DNA of 64,000 nt from Candidatus Parcubacteria bacterium (GTDB lineage Bacteria; Patescibacteriota; Patescibacteriia; Patescibacteriales; UBA12465). The stretch covers positions 5,470-69,469 of the forward strand of contig AP029158.1 of assembly GCA_037076615.1 (NCBI GenBank), given 5' to 3'. The notes under the pieces were generated by a model. It worked only from the letters and a program-made list of their open reading frames with translations, had not been told where the DNA came from and did no database searches. The position numbers and the translations under genes were made by a program. Positions 18,120 through 27,489 of the stretch are shown here, in pieces; position 1 is the first letter of the stretch; each line of letters opens with the position of its first letter.

Positions 18120-20123
18120 ATGACTAACACTATCCTTTGGATTATCTTCAGCTGTGCGGCCCTGGCCATTATTTATGGCTTGGTGATGATTAAGCACATT
18201 CTAGGATTGTTCGCCGGTAACGACCGGATGAAGCAAATCGCGCAAGCGATTCAAGAAGGCGCTAATGCTTTCTTAAATCGTCAGTATCGCTCTATCGCCA
18301 TTGTGGCGGTGGCGCTGACTTTAATTATCGGGTTTATTCCTTCTTTAGGTTGGAAAACGGCCATCGCTTTCGTGGTCGGTGCCGGTCTGTCCGCAGTTGC
18401 TGGTTATATCGGCATGTTTGTCAGTGTTCGCGCTAATGTGCGCACCGCTGAAGCCGCTCGCGGAGGCTTACAAAAAGCTTTAAATGTCGCCGTTCGTGGT
18501 GGTAGCGTGACTGGAATGCTCGTTGTTGGTTTAGCGTTACTAGGCACCGCGGGTTTTTATTTATTGACCGGTGATCTAACCGCCCTGATTGGTTTTGCTT
18601 TTGGCAGTTCGCTTATTTCTATTTTTGCTCGCTTAGGTGGCGGTATCTACACCAAAGCGGCTGATGTTGGCGCCGACTTAGTCGGAAAAGTAGAGGCTAG
18701 TATTCCTGAAGATGACCCGCGCAACCCGGCCGTAATTGCTGATAATGTTGGTGATAACGTTGGTGATTGTGCCGGTATGGCCGCCGACTTATTTGAAACT
18801 TATGCCGTGACCGCAATTGCGACCATGGTTTTAGGTTCTCTTGCCTTTAGTGGTAATCAAAATATAGTTTTATTCCCGCTTGTTTTAGGAGCAGTGGCAA
18901 TCATTGCTTCTATTATTGGTATTTTCTTTATCCGTTTAGGTAAAAAACAAAATATCATGGGCGCTCTTTATAGGGGGCTTGTTGCTTCCGGATTATTGTC
19001 GACACTCGGTTTCTATTTTGTCTCTCGTTATTTTTGGGGCACTGATTATTTAAATATTTTCTTATCAGCCCTTATCGGTTTAGTAGTTACCGGCCTATTG
19101 GTAGTTATTACGGAATATTACACTTCCACCAGCTTTGCTCCCGTGAAAGAAATAGCGGAAGCTTCTAAAACTGGTCACGGCACCAATGTGATTGCCGGTT
19201 TAGCGGTTTCGATGAAGTCCACCGTTTGGCCGATTATTGCTATTTGTCTTGCAATTTTTGGTGCCTACTCGTTAGCCGGTTTATACGGAATTGCGGTGGC
19301 GGCGATGGCAATGTTATCAGTGGCGGGCATTATTATTACTATTGATGCTTACGGTCCAATTACTGACAATGCCGGTGGTATTGCGGAGATGGCGGAGATG
19401 GGCGATGAAGTGAGAAACATCACCGATCCTTTAGATGCGGTTGGAAATACAACCAAAGCGGTTACTAAAGGTTATGCTATCGGTTCTGCGGCTTTAGCAG
19501 CCTTGGTTTTGTTTGCCGACTTTACTCATAAAATTGTGGCGGAAAATGGCAACGCCGAATTCTTAATTGATAATCCTTTTGTTTTAATTGGCTTATTTAT
19601 TGGGGGGGCGGTTACTTATCTCTTTGCTGCTTTAGCAATGCAAGCGGTTGGCAAAACTGCTGGCTCAGTGGTGGAGGATGTTCGCGCTCAATTTAAGGAA
19701 AAGCCGGGTATTATGGAGGGTAGTGACCGACCGGATTATGGACGTACCGTTAATATCGTTACCAAGGCCGCTATTAAGCAAATGATTGTTCCGGCTCTTT
19801 TACCAGTATTAACACCAATTATTCTCGCCGTTATTTTTAGAAATAACAGCTTAGAAGTTTTAGCTGGTCTTTTAGTTGGTTCAATTGTGACCGGAGTTTT
19901 CCAGGCAATCTCGATGACTTCTGGTGGTGGTGCTTGGGATAATGCTAAAAAGTATATTGAATCTGGGCATTTTGGTGGCAAAGGCTCAGACGCTCATAAG
20001 GCGGCGGTTACCGGAGACACAGTTGGTGATCCTTATAAAGACACGGCCGGTCCGGCAATCAACCCCATGATTAAGGTTCTAAACATTGTCGCCCTACTCT
20101 TAGTCAGCATCATTCTTGGTTAA
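18120..20123 (+). CDS. hppA: Membrane-bound ion-translocating pyrophosphatase
   Basis: [65 protein letters not shown]. About 16 TM helices. Confidence 0.95.
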   Translation: MTNTILWIIFSCAALAIIYGLVMIKHILGLFAGNDRMKQIAQAIQEGANAFLNRQYRSIAIVAVALTLIIGFIPSLGWKTAIAFVVGAGLSAVAGYIGMFVSVRANVRTAEAARGGLQKALNVAVRGGSVTGMLVVGLALLGTAGFYLLTGDLTALIGFAFGSSLISIFARLGGGIYTKAADVGADLVGKVEASIPEDDPRNPAVIADNVGDNVGDCAGMAADLFETYAVTAIATMVLGSLAFSGNQNIVLFPLVLGAVAIIASIIGIFFIRLGKKQNIMGALYRGLVASGLLSTLGFYFVSRYFWGTDYLNIFLSALIGLVVTGLLVVITEYYTSTSFAPVKEIAEASKTGHGTNVIAGLAVSMKSTVWPIIAICLAIFGAYSLAGLYGIAVAAMAMLSVAGIIITIDAYGPITDNAGGIAEMAEMGDEVRNITDPLDAVGNTTKAVTKGYAIGSAALAALVLFADFTHKIVAENGNAEFLIDNPFVLIGLFIGGAVTYLFAALAMQAVGKTAGSVVEDVRAQFKEKPGIMEGSDRPDYGRTVNIVTKAAIKQMIVPALLPVLTPIILAVIFRNNSLEVLAGLLVGSIVTGVFQAISMTSGGGAWDNAKKYIESGHFGGKGSDAHKAAVTGDTVGDPYKDTAGPAINPMIKVLNIVALLLVSIILG

Positions 20124-20140
20124 AAAATAATTATTAGATA

Positions 20141-20177
20141 AAAAAATCCCCCGATCTTTTTAGATCAGGGGGTTTTT
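20141..20177. terminator. Bidirectional intrinsic terminator
   Basis: A6-TCCCCCGATC-TTTTTA-GATCAGGGGG-T5 between convergent genes. Confidence 0.75.
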
Positions 20178-20183
20178 AAAATG

Positions 20184-20627
20184 TTAAACAAGAACTTCTT
20201 CTGCCGCTTCTAAATAAATAGGGCGGATAATTTCATTGAATTCCTTTTGAGAGATAATCAGCCCCTTTGTTTTTATTTCAGAACGGAGCTGTCTGGCATT
20301 TTCTTGGTAACAAGACAAAGCTGCTCTGGAATCACCTTTAATTACGGTCTTTACCGCCGCCAACCAAATTTTCTTTTCTTCCCCGGGGGCCATTTTTCGT
20401 GAAACGGGAGTTTCGGAAATTCGGCTGCAACACAAGGAAATGGCCATGTACAAATTTTCAGTATTAGGTATCCCAATTTTCTTGGCGATACTTTTCAGGC
20501 GGTTACTGTTAAACGTGCCGCGGCAATCAATGAGTTCGCGATCTTGGATTAGATTTTCCACGAAAATTTCAAATAAGATTTGCAACAATTTTTCCTCTTT
20601 TTCTTTTTTCATTTGGGGGTCCTCCAT
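20184..20627 (-). CDS. Hypothetical protein
   Basis: 147-codon ORF. No family recognised. Confidence 0.45.
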   Translation of the reverse strand: MEDPQMKKEKEEKLLQILFEIFVENLIQDRELIDCRGTFNSNRLKSIAKKIGIPNTENLYMAISLCCSRISETPVSRKMAPGEEKKIWLAAVKTVIKGDSRAALSCYQENARQLRSEIKTKGLIISQKEFNEIIRPIYLEAAEEVLV

Positions 20628-20801
20628 TTAAAATGTTATGGTACTAAAAGAACAGTTGATTTTAATAATATTTTTAGAGGATGTCAAGATAAATCCTGGT
20701 TAATACTTGCTTTTTAGTGCTTAAGTGTTTATAGTTAAGCCTGTATAAGTAAGGCTGGTGGCCCTAATTTTTGGTCCGGAGCCTGATAATTTAAAGAAAA
20801 T

Positions 20802-22112
20802 ATGAAAATTACCAAAAAAGATTTAGACAAAGGCCAGGTAGAATTAAACGTTGTTTTGGAAGTGGTCGAATTTACTCCTTATTTAGAAAGGGGAGCAAAA
20901 AAAATTAGCGAGACTGCTAAAATTGAAGGCTTTCGCCCTGGAAAAGCGCCCTTAGAGATTGTTAAGCAGCAAGTCGGTGAAATGGCGATACTTGAGGAAG
21001 CGGCTAATATTGCGATTAGAAAAACCATTGACCAGGCGATGGAAGAAAATTTAAAAGATCAAGAAACGGTCGGGCAGCCACAAATAGAAATTACTAAATT
21101 AGCCCCTGGCAATGATTTAGAATATAAAGTGACCGCCGCTTTAATGCCGGAAGTAACTTTAGGGAAATATAAAGATTTGGAAATAAAAAAACCAGAAATC
21201 AAAATTCCTGCTGCTGATATCGATAAAAGTGTCGCCGAATTACAAGAGTTAAGAGCCAGTGAGGTTCTTTCTGAAAAAGAATCTAAGTCTGGCGATCGTT
21301 TAATGGTTGATGTTGAAATGTTTTTAGATAAGGTCCCCCTTGAAGGTGGTCAGACTCAAGACTTGTCGGTCATTATTGGTAAGAATCATTTTGTTCCTGG
21401 TTTTGACGAAAAATTATTAGGATTGAAATCTGAGGAAACAGTAGAGTTTGATTTAGATTTTCCCAAAGAGCATCATCAGAAAAATATCGCTGGCAAAAAA
21501 GTGACCTTTAAGGTTAAAGTGAAGTCTGTTTATGAGCGCCAACTGCCAGAAATTAATGATGATTTAGCCACCGGTTTCAATTTTAAAGATTTAAGTGATT
21601 TAAGAAAGGCGTTAGAGGAAAATATGGTGGCCGACAAAGAACGACAGCAAGCTAATCGCTTGGAGGTAGAAATGATTGATAAGATTATTGATAATGCGAA
21701 GTTTGGTGAGATTCCGGAAGTAATGATTAATAATGAGACTCACTACATGATTCATGAAATTGAAGATGATTTAAAAAGACAAGGAGGCACCCTAACTGAT
21801 TATTTAACGCACTTGGGAAAAAATCAGCAGGATTTTACTTTGGAGTTAGCCCCCAGCGCTCTTAAAAGGGTGAAGGCTTCGCTAGTTATTAAACAGGTGG
21901 CTAAGGCCGAAAAGGTAGAAATAAAAGAAGAAGAGATTAGTGATAAAATTGCCGAATTAAAAGCGCAACACCCCGACAATGAGGATTTAAAAAATATGGC
22001 TGATGACCTTTCTTATCGCCGCTATGTTAAAAGCGTCATGGAAAACGCTGAGGTTTTAAAACGCCTAAAAGAATGGAATTATGCCAATACTGGCGACCAA
22101 CAAAAGAGCTAG
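20802..22112 (+). CDS. tig: Trigger factor
   Basis: N-terminal ribosome-binding motif GFRPGKAP, central FKBP-like region and C-terminal arm domain. Confidence 0.9.
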   Translation: MKITKKDLDKGQVELNVVLEVVEFTPYLERGAKKISETAKIEGFRPGKAPLEIVKQQVGEMAILEEAANIAIRKTIDQAMEENLKDQETVGQPQIEITKLAPGNDLEYKVTAALMPEVTLGKYKDLEIKKPEIKIPAADIDKSVAELQELRASEVLSEKESKSGDRLMVDVEMFLDKVPLEGGQTQDLSVIIGKNHFVPGFDEKLLGLKSEETVEFDLDFPKEHHQKNIAGKKVTFKVKVKSVYERQLPEINDDLATGFNFKDLSDLRKALEENMVADKERQQANRLEVEMIDKIIDNAKFGEIPEVMINNETHYMIHEIEDDLKRQGGTLTDYLTHLGKNQQDFTLELAPSALKRVKASLVIKQVAKAEKVEIKEEEISDKIAELKAQHPDNEDLKNMADDLSYRRYVKSVMENAEVLKRLKEWNYANTGDQQKS

Positions 22113-22539
22113 TTTTGATTATAACTTTCTCGAAACTTACGAAGCCGGGCTAGTTCTTTTCGGGCACGAAGTTAAAGCTATTAAGGATGGGCATGTTAGT
22201 TTAAAAGAGTCTTTCGTTTCAATCCAAGAAAATAAAGGGCGCTTAAGTTTATTTTTAGTGGGTGCTCATATTTCTCGTTATCGTTATGCTGGTGCCTTAG
22301 ATAACTATGAACCAACTCGTTCGAGAAAATTATTGTTAAGACAAGAAGAAATTGATCGTTTAATTGGAAAGATGCAGTCGAGTGGCTTGACACTCGTTCC
22401 CGTAAAACTATATACTAAGCATAGCTTAATCAAGGTTGAGTTGGCTTTAGCGCAAGGAAAACGTAAATTTGATAAGCGTGAAGCTCTCAAAAAACGGGAT
22501 ATAGACCGTCAGATTAAGACCGCCTTAAAACAGCGGTAA
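22081..22539 (+). CDS. smpB: SsrA-binding protein SmpB
   Basis: NKRASFDY..EAGLVL.G.EVK.., YEPTRSRKLLL. Immediately upstream of the tmRNA. Confidence 0.93.
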   Translation: MPILATNKRASFDYNFLETYEAGLVLFGHEVKAIKDGHVSLKESFVSIQENKGRLSLFLVGAHISRYRYAGALDNYEPTRSRKLLLRQEEIDRLIGKMQSSGLTLVPVKLYTKHSLIKVELALAQGKRKFDKREALKKRDIDRQIKTALKQR

Positions 22540-22545
22540 AAGCCA

Positions 22546-22923
22546 GGGGATGTCGGGCTTTCGATAATGAGACCATTCCCTCAAATGTGCAAAACGCGGC
22601 GAGTCAACCGCGTTATCAAAGACTCAAAACGACAAACGTCAAAAAAGCAAAAGCATTCACTTGGTTCGTTCCAAGCTATGCTCCTGTTGTAGCTTAAACG
22701 CCACAACCATCGGCCTAAGAGTTCTCCAGACTTAGTTACCGGTGTTATTTATGGAGAGTAGGGTTGGCAGATGCTTTCTTTGCTAACTCGAAAACAATGA
22801 AAGCTAACTTCTTATTATTTTGTTCGGTTAATTAGATAAGAAGCGAAAATAAATAACCGAACTAATTTTGTAGAAGCATTTAAGGAAACTCGTTAGACAT
22901 GGGTTCAACTCCCATCATCTCCA
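22546..22923 (+). ncRNA. ssrA: tmRNA (SsrA)
   Basis: 5' GGGGATGTCGGGCTTTCGA and 3' GGGTTCAACTCCCATCATCTCCA form the tRNA-like domain. An internal frame ..AKAFTWFVPSYAPVVA ends at the TAA at 22695-22697. Confidence 0.9.
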
Positions 22924-22945
22924 CCTTCGTTTTGTTAGTTAAAAA

Positions 22946-23029
22946 GCCGCGGTGGCGGAATTGGTAGACGCGCTGGACTTAAAATCCAGTTGTGGCGACA
23001 CAGTGCGGGTTCGATTCCCGCCCGCGGCA
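22946..23029 (+). tRNA. tRNA-Leu (anticodon TAA), long variable arm
   Basis: Acceptor GCCGCGG/CCGCGGC, anticodon arm CTGGA-CTTAAAA-TCCAG, T-arm GCGGG-TTCGATT-CCCGC. Confidence 0.9.
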
Positions 23030-23103
23030 CTCGGTTGTTTTTGCAGCCCTGTTTTTTTGTTCTTGTTTTTTAAACGAAGATTTGCTATATATCTATAGCA
23101 GAT

Positions 23104-23175
23104 GCGGGTATCGTATAGTGGCTATTATGCGACCTTGCCAAGGTCGAGAGACGAGTTCGATTCTCGTTACCCGCT
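23104..23175 (+). tRNA. tRNA-Gly (anticodon GCC)
   Basis: Acceptor GCGGGTA/TACCCGC, anticodon arm CGACC-TTGCCAA-GGTCG, T-arm ACGAG-TTCGATT-CTCGT. Confidence 0.9.
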
Positions 23176-23208
23176 CACTGACAGGGCCCGATTCGGCCCT
23201 GTTTTATT

Positions 23209-23907
23209 ATGAAAAAAATTTTTAACGCCACTCAGTTAAAGTTTGGAGCCGCTGCTTTAATGGTTTTGGATCATTTGCGATTATTTTGGGTTGGTGTTCC
23301 GGAATGGTTTAGTTGTTTTGGAAGAATCGTGGCCCCAATTTTTTTCTTTCTAATTGTAGAAGGATTTTGGCATACTCGTAATCGCGGGCGTTACTTGGGT
23401 CGTTTAATCTTAGGGGCGGTAATAATGGATGTAGGAAGAGCTCTGCTCAATCATTTTTTACCGGCACCAGTTCTGATTGATATTAATATTTTTTGGCCAT
23501 TAGCGCTTTCAGTTGCCCTGATGATGGCCATTGAATCCTTAAAAGAAAAGAAAGTTAATTTGCTGGCTATTTTTTCTTTACCGATGATTGTCGCTATTTT
23601 CTTTTTTGTTGAGGGGTCGTGGATGCTTTTAGGGGTAACTTTAATTTTCTATTTTTTCCGTCAGCACTGGGGCGCCTTAACGGCTGCTTTTATTCTTTGG
23701 GCTTTTATTTGGCAATTTATTTTTTGGGGAGTTAATGCTTCGGGAACTCCGCAATATCAGTGGTTAATGATTTTTTCCTTACCTTTCCTCTGGCTTTATA
23801 ACGGCCAGCGTGGCAAAAGCACTCCAGCCCTTAAGCATTTTTTCTACATCTTTTATCCTGTTCATGTTTGGTTAATTTATTTAATCGGGTTAAAATGGTG
23901 GTATTAG
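23209..23907 (+). CDS. TraX-family membrane protein
   Basis: N-terminal LKFGAAALMVLDHLRLF pattern and about 7 TM helices typical of the TraX family (from memory). Confidence 0.65.
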   Translation: MKKIFNATQLKFGAAALMVLDHLRLFWVGVPEWFSCFGRIVAPIFFFLIVEGFWHTRNRGRYLGRLILGAVIMDVGRALLNHFLPAPVLIDINIFWPLALSVALMMAIESLKEKKVNLLAIFSLPMIVAIFFFVEGSWMLLGVTLIFYFFRQHWGALTAAFILWAFIWQFIFWGVNASGTPQYQWLMIFSLPFLWLYNGQRGKSTPALKHFFYIFYPVHVWLIYLIGLKWWY

Positions 23908-23979
23908 GCGGGTATCGTATAGTGGTTATTATGCAAGCTTCCCAAGCTTGAGAGGAGGGTTCGATTCCCTTTACCCGCT
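23908..23979 (+). tRNA. tRNA-Gly (anticodon CCC)
   Basis: Acceptor GCGGGTA/TACCCGC, anticodon arm CAAGC-TTCCCAA-GCTTG, T-arm GAGGG-TTCGATT-CCCTT. Starts on the base after the TraX stop codon. Confidence 0.9.
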
Positions 23980-24060
23980 CCTTTTTTAGTTTCTTATTTG
24001 ACTTTATTGGCTTTTTTAGCTATAAAGAAAGCACTAAGCTATTATTATTAGAAAAAAATC

Positions 24061-24621
24061 ATGCGTATTAAATTTCACCGCACCGAAGCAAAAGAGGTTA
24101 TTTTGTTTAAGTCTAACGAAAAAATTCTTTCGGAGCAGGTTTTTTTGATTGATGAAACGGGTGAGCAATTAGGAGTAATGGACACCAAAGAAGCTTTAGC
24201 GATGGCTAAAGAGGTGGATTTAGATTTGGTGGAGGTTAACCCTAAGGCTAATCCGCCGGTGGCTAAAATTGTTGATTTGGGGCAACTTAAATATGAACGC
24301 GAGAAAAAGGCTCATAAACAGAAAATGCAACAAAAGAGGGTAGATGTTAAAGCTATTAGACTTTCTTTTAGAATCAGCGATCATGATTTAGAGCTACGTC
24401 TAAACCAGTCAATTAAATTTTTAAGCAAAGGGGATAAAATCAAAATAGAATTACCGCTTAAGGGTCGGGAGCGGCAGCATCCACAAAAAGCCGCCGCGAT
24501 TATGAATGATTTTTTAGCTAAATTACAGGCGAATCCTGATTTAAATATTGAGGCGGAACAACCATTGACAAAACAAGGGAGTCGGTTTAGTATGGTATTG
24601 GTGAATAAGAAGTCATCTTAG
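24061..24621 (+). CDS. infC: Translation initiation factor IF-3
   Basis: VFLIDETGEQLGVMDTKEALAMAKEVDLDLVEV..NPPVAKIVD..KYE. First gene of the infC-rpmI-rplT order. Exact start uncertain. Confidence 0.9.
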   Translation: MRIKFHRTEAKEVILFKSNEKILSEQVFLIDETGEQLGVMDTKEALAMAKEVDLDLVEVNPKANPPVAKIVDLGQLKYEREKKAHKQKMQQKRVDVKAIRLSFRISDHDLELRLNQSIKFLSKGDKIKIELPLKGRERQHPQKAAAIMNDFLAKLQANPDLNIEAEQPLTKQGSRFSMVLVNKKSS

Positions 24622-24659
24622 CCCTTAAACCAGGTTTAAACCTGTTTTTTTCTTGAAAT

Positions 24660-24857
24660 ATGCCAAAAATAAAAACTCATCAAGCAACCTCCAAGCGTTT
24701 TAAAGCAACGGGCGGAAAAAAAGTGCTGAAACGGAAATCCGGGCAAGCGCATAATAATTTTCGTGAGGCCGGTAAAACTACACGTGCCAAGCGGACTGAT
24801 ATCACGCTAACAGAATCTTTGACTAAAACAGTCAAAACTTTAGCGCAACTTAAATAA
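24660..24857 (+). CDS. rpmI: 50S ribosomal protein L35
   Basis: MPKIKTHQATSKRFKATGGKKVLKRKSGQAHN. Confidence 0.93.
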   Translation: MPKIKTHQATSKRFKATGGKKVLKRKSGQAHNNFREAGKTTRAKRTDITLTESLTKTVKTLAQLK

Positions 24858-24880
24858 TTAAAAGAACAAGCTGACACTGT

Positions 24881-25228
24881 ATGCCTAGAGTCAAACGAGG
24901 AGTCTCTCATGTCAAAAGACGCAAAAATATTTTAGCCGATGTTAAAGGCTATAAATGGGGTCGTAAAAATTTAATCAAATTAGCTCAAACCGCGCGCACC
25001 TTAGCGGGAGCACATGCCTATACTGATAGACGCAAAAAGAAACGCGATCGTCGAGCTTTGTGGCAAATTAAGATTAGTGCTTTTGTTCGCGAACAAGGTA
25101 TTTCCTATTCTAAATTCATGGGAGCTTTGAAGGCGAAAAATATTGATCTTGATCGCAAGGTTTTAGCTGATCTAGCGGTCAATAATAAATCAGTACTGGA
25201 AAAGATCGTGGCGACCGTAAAAAAGTAA
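24881..25228 (+). CDS. rplT: 50S ribosomal protein L20
   Basis: MPRVKRGVSHVKRRKNIL..KGYKWGR..YTDRRKKKRDRRALWQ. Confidence 0.95.
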   Translation: MPRVKRGVSHVKRRKNILADVKGYKWGRKNLIKLAQTARTLAGAHAYTDRRKKKRDRRALWQIKISAFVREQGISYSKFMGALKAKNIDLDRKVLADLAVNNKSVLEKIVATVKK

Positions 25229-25231
25229 ACT

Positions 25232-25444
25232 ATGACTTGGATTAAAATAGCCCAATTAGTCATTTCTATATTCCTGATTTTAGCAGTCTTGCTCCAAAAT
25301 CGGGGGACTGGACTCGGTTCCACTTTTGGCGGTTCGGGTGGTGTTTATTTAACTAAGCGCGGTTTAGAAAAAAAGCTTTTCATTGCCACCATCGTTTTGG
25401 CGGTATTATTCTTTGTTGTTTCCGTGCTCGGAATTATTCTTTAA
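25232..25444 (+). CDS. secG: Preprotein translocase subunit SecG
   Basis: 70 aa, two TM helices, LLQNRGTGLGSTFGGSG motif. Confidence 0.75.
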   Translation: MTWIKIAQLVISIFLILAVLLQNRGTGLGSTFGGSGGVYLTKRGLEKKLFIATIVLAVLFFVVSVLGIIL

Positions 25445-25455
25445 ATCCGGTTCTC

Positions 25456-27396
25456 GTGAAATATCGTAAAACTAAAAAAAAACTAGCGGCGGCTTGGGGA
25501 AAAACTAAGCACCGCTTAGCTAAAATTTTTAAATCTAAACGCTTAACCACTAAGCGTCGCTTGCGTTTAGCGCAAGAAAAGGCGGATAAGAATCTTGTTT
25601 ATTCATTGGCAGCTTCCAAAATTCCGACTGCCGATCAGATGAAGCATCTAGAAAAGACACTGACCCCTAAGGAGAAGTGGCTGATTCGGATTGCCTTAAT
25701 TCTCGTTATTTTAGGTTTAGGTTATTTAGCGGTTTATTTTTGGCGACAACACACGACCCCCGAGCCCATAGTGGGCGGTATTTATTATGAGGGGGTAGTC
25801 GGTTATCCACGCAAGATTAATCCGCTCTACAGTGATAGTCGTCCGGCTGATCAAGATTTAACTCAATTAATTTTTTCCAGTCTTTTTAAATACGATACCA
25901 ATGGTCGCTTAGTTGGCGATTTAGCTGAGAAGATTGAGACGACTGATAATAAAGAATTTGTAGTAACTTTGCGTCCCGATGTTAAATGGCATAACGGTGA
26001 AAATTTAACTGTCGATGATGTTGTTTTTACTTTTAATCTTTTAATTAATTCCGCGTATGGTTCGCCTTGGCGACAAGAATTTTTAGGCGTAACGATTGAG
26101 AAGGTGGCTGATAATCAAGTTAAATTTTCTTTACCGACTGTTTATGTCGGCTTCCCGCATTTATTAACTTTTGGGGTGCTGCCGAAAAATATTTGGGAAA
26201 ATATTGCTCCCGAATTTGCGGCCCTAAACGAATTAAATTTAGAGCCAATTGGATCGGGTCCCTATAAGTTTGATTCAATTGTGCGTTCCAAACAGGGGGA
26301 AATTAAAGAATACCGTTTACTAGCAAACCCGGATTATTACGGACCGCCACCTTTTATTGAACAGTTAGCTTTTCGTTTTTATCCGGACACAACCGCTTTA
26401 ATTAACGCCTTAAATGATGGCAATGTTTTAGGAATCAGTTCTTTATCTTTAGAGCAGAAAACTTCTTTAATTGCTCAGAGTTCACTAAACTTTAATGTTT
26501 TACAGACCAACCAAGAAGATTTAGTATTCTTTAATAGTGAAAAAAATAAAAATTTAGCCGACTTAAAAGTTAGACGAGCCTTGGCGCACGCGCTTGATAA
26601 ACAGGCTTTAGTCGACGAGATTTCTTCTGGTTTTTATACGCCCACCGATAGCGTCTTATCTAGATTATCAGAGGCCCACAATGAGGAAATTACCAAGTAC
26701 CCTTTTAATCGGGAAGAGGCTAATAAATTATTGGACGAAGCGGGTTGGTCAAAATTAACAATTGATGATACCAATGTTCAAGCGACTGGTACGCCGGAAA
26801 TTAAAGCGGCACTAGATTTTGCCACGGCTAATCACCAAGATCCGCACGGAGACTGGCGTTTTAAAATGGATGGCGATAAGGTTAATCTATTAACGATTCG
26901 GTTAGCCGCTGTTAGTAACCGACCGGCGCACCAAGCAGCGGAAGTTGTCGCCCGGAATTGGCAGGCGGTCGGAGTGTGGACTGTTTTAGAAACAATTAGT
27001 GTTTCTGAATTAAGTTCCTTAATCAATGATCGCGCTTTTGAAGCTTTTGTTTTCGGTCAGGTCAGTGGCGCTGATTCTGATATTTTTCCTTTTTGGCATT
27101 CGAGCCAAATTAAAGATGGTTTAAATATTGCCGCTTATAAAAACACTGATGTTGATAATCTTTTAAGCGATGCTCGTATCAATCCTGATGTTAACGCGCG
27201 TTGGCACGATTATCGCGAAGCGCAAAGAATTATTGCCGATGAAGTTCCGGCCATTCCTCTTTACGAAAAAAATTATATTTTCGTTCAAGATAAAAAAGTT
27301 AAAGGTTTTTCGGCTACTGCAGCCCTTTCTCCCAGCCACCGCTTTAGCGGCCTTAACGGTTGGTTTTTAAAATCTCGAGCGAAGTTTTCTTGGTAA
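25456..27396 (+). CDS. ABC-transporter family-5 (peptide/nickel-type) substrate-binding protein, TM-anchored
   Basis: Basic N-terminus plus a TM helix, then SBP_bac_5-like ..LFKYDTNGRLVGDLAEK..TLRPDVKWHNGE. No permease or ATPase genes nearby. Confidence 0.8.
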   Translation: MKYRKTKKKLAAAWGKTKHRLAKIFKSKRLTTKRRLRLAQEKADKNLVYSLAASKIPTADQMKHLEKTLTPKEKWLIRIALILVILGLGYLAVYFWRQHTTPEPIVGGIYYEGVVGYPRKINPLYSDSRPADQDLTQLIFSSLFKYDTNGRLVGDLAEKIETTDNKEFVVTLRPDVKWHNGENLTVDDVVFTFNLLINSAYGSPWRQEFLGVTIEKVADNQVKFSLPTVYVGFPHLLTFGVLPKNIWENIAPEFAALNELNLEPIGSGPYKFDSIVRSKQGEIKEYRLLANPDYYGPPPFIEQLAFRFYPDTTALINALNDGNVLGISSLSLEQKTSLIAQSSLNFNVLQTNQEDLVFFNSEKNKNLADLKVRRALAHALDKQALVDEISSGFYTPTDSVLSRLSEAHNEEITKYPFNREEANKLLDEAGWSKLTIDDTNVQATGTPEIKAALDFATANHQDPHGDWRFKMDGDKVNLLTIRLAAVSNRPAHQAAEVVARNWQAVGVWTVLETISVSELSSLINDRAFEAFVFGQVSGADSDIFPFWHSSQIKDGLNIAAYKNTDVDNLLSDARINPDVNARWHDYREAQRIIADEVPAIPLYEKNYIFVQDKKVKGFSATAALSPSHRFSGLNGWFLKSRAKFSW

Positions 27397-27489
27397 AAAA
27401 CAAAACTTCCTTTCTTTATAAAATGAAATTAAATAAGCTTTTCCTAAAAAAGGTTTAACCGATTTTTTAGTTCGCAGCTTTTCTCTATT

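Noticed and set aside
17865-18197. Lys/Ser-rich ORFs overlapping the nusA tail (17865-18197 -, 17885-18127 +), with similar ones in rny (55711-55995, 55811-56026) and rpsP (61110-61310)
   Set aside because: These are shadows of GAA/AAG-rich charged tails and coiled-coils of well-supported genes.
20628-20801. Possible structured RNA in the 174-bp region upstream of tig
   Set aside because: Only short, weak hairpins (AGCCT..AGGCT) were found, and no motif I can recognise. This is most simply divergent promoter space.
22992-23225. 77-aa ORF spanning tRNA-Leu and tRNA-Gly
   Set aside because: It overlaps two well-folded tRNA genes, so it is a chance ORF.
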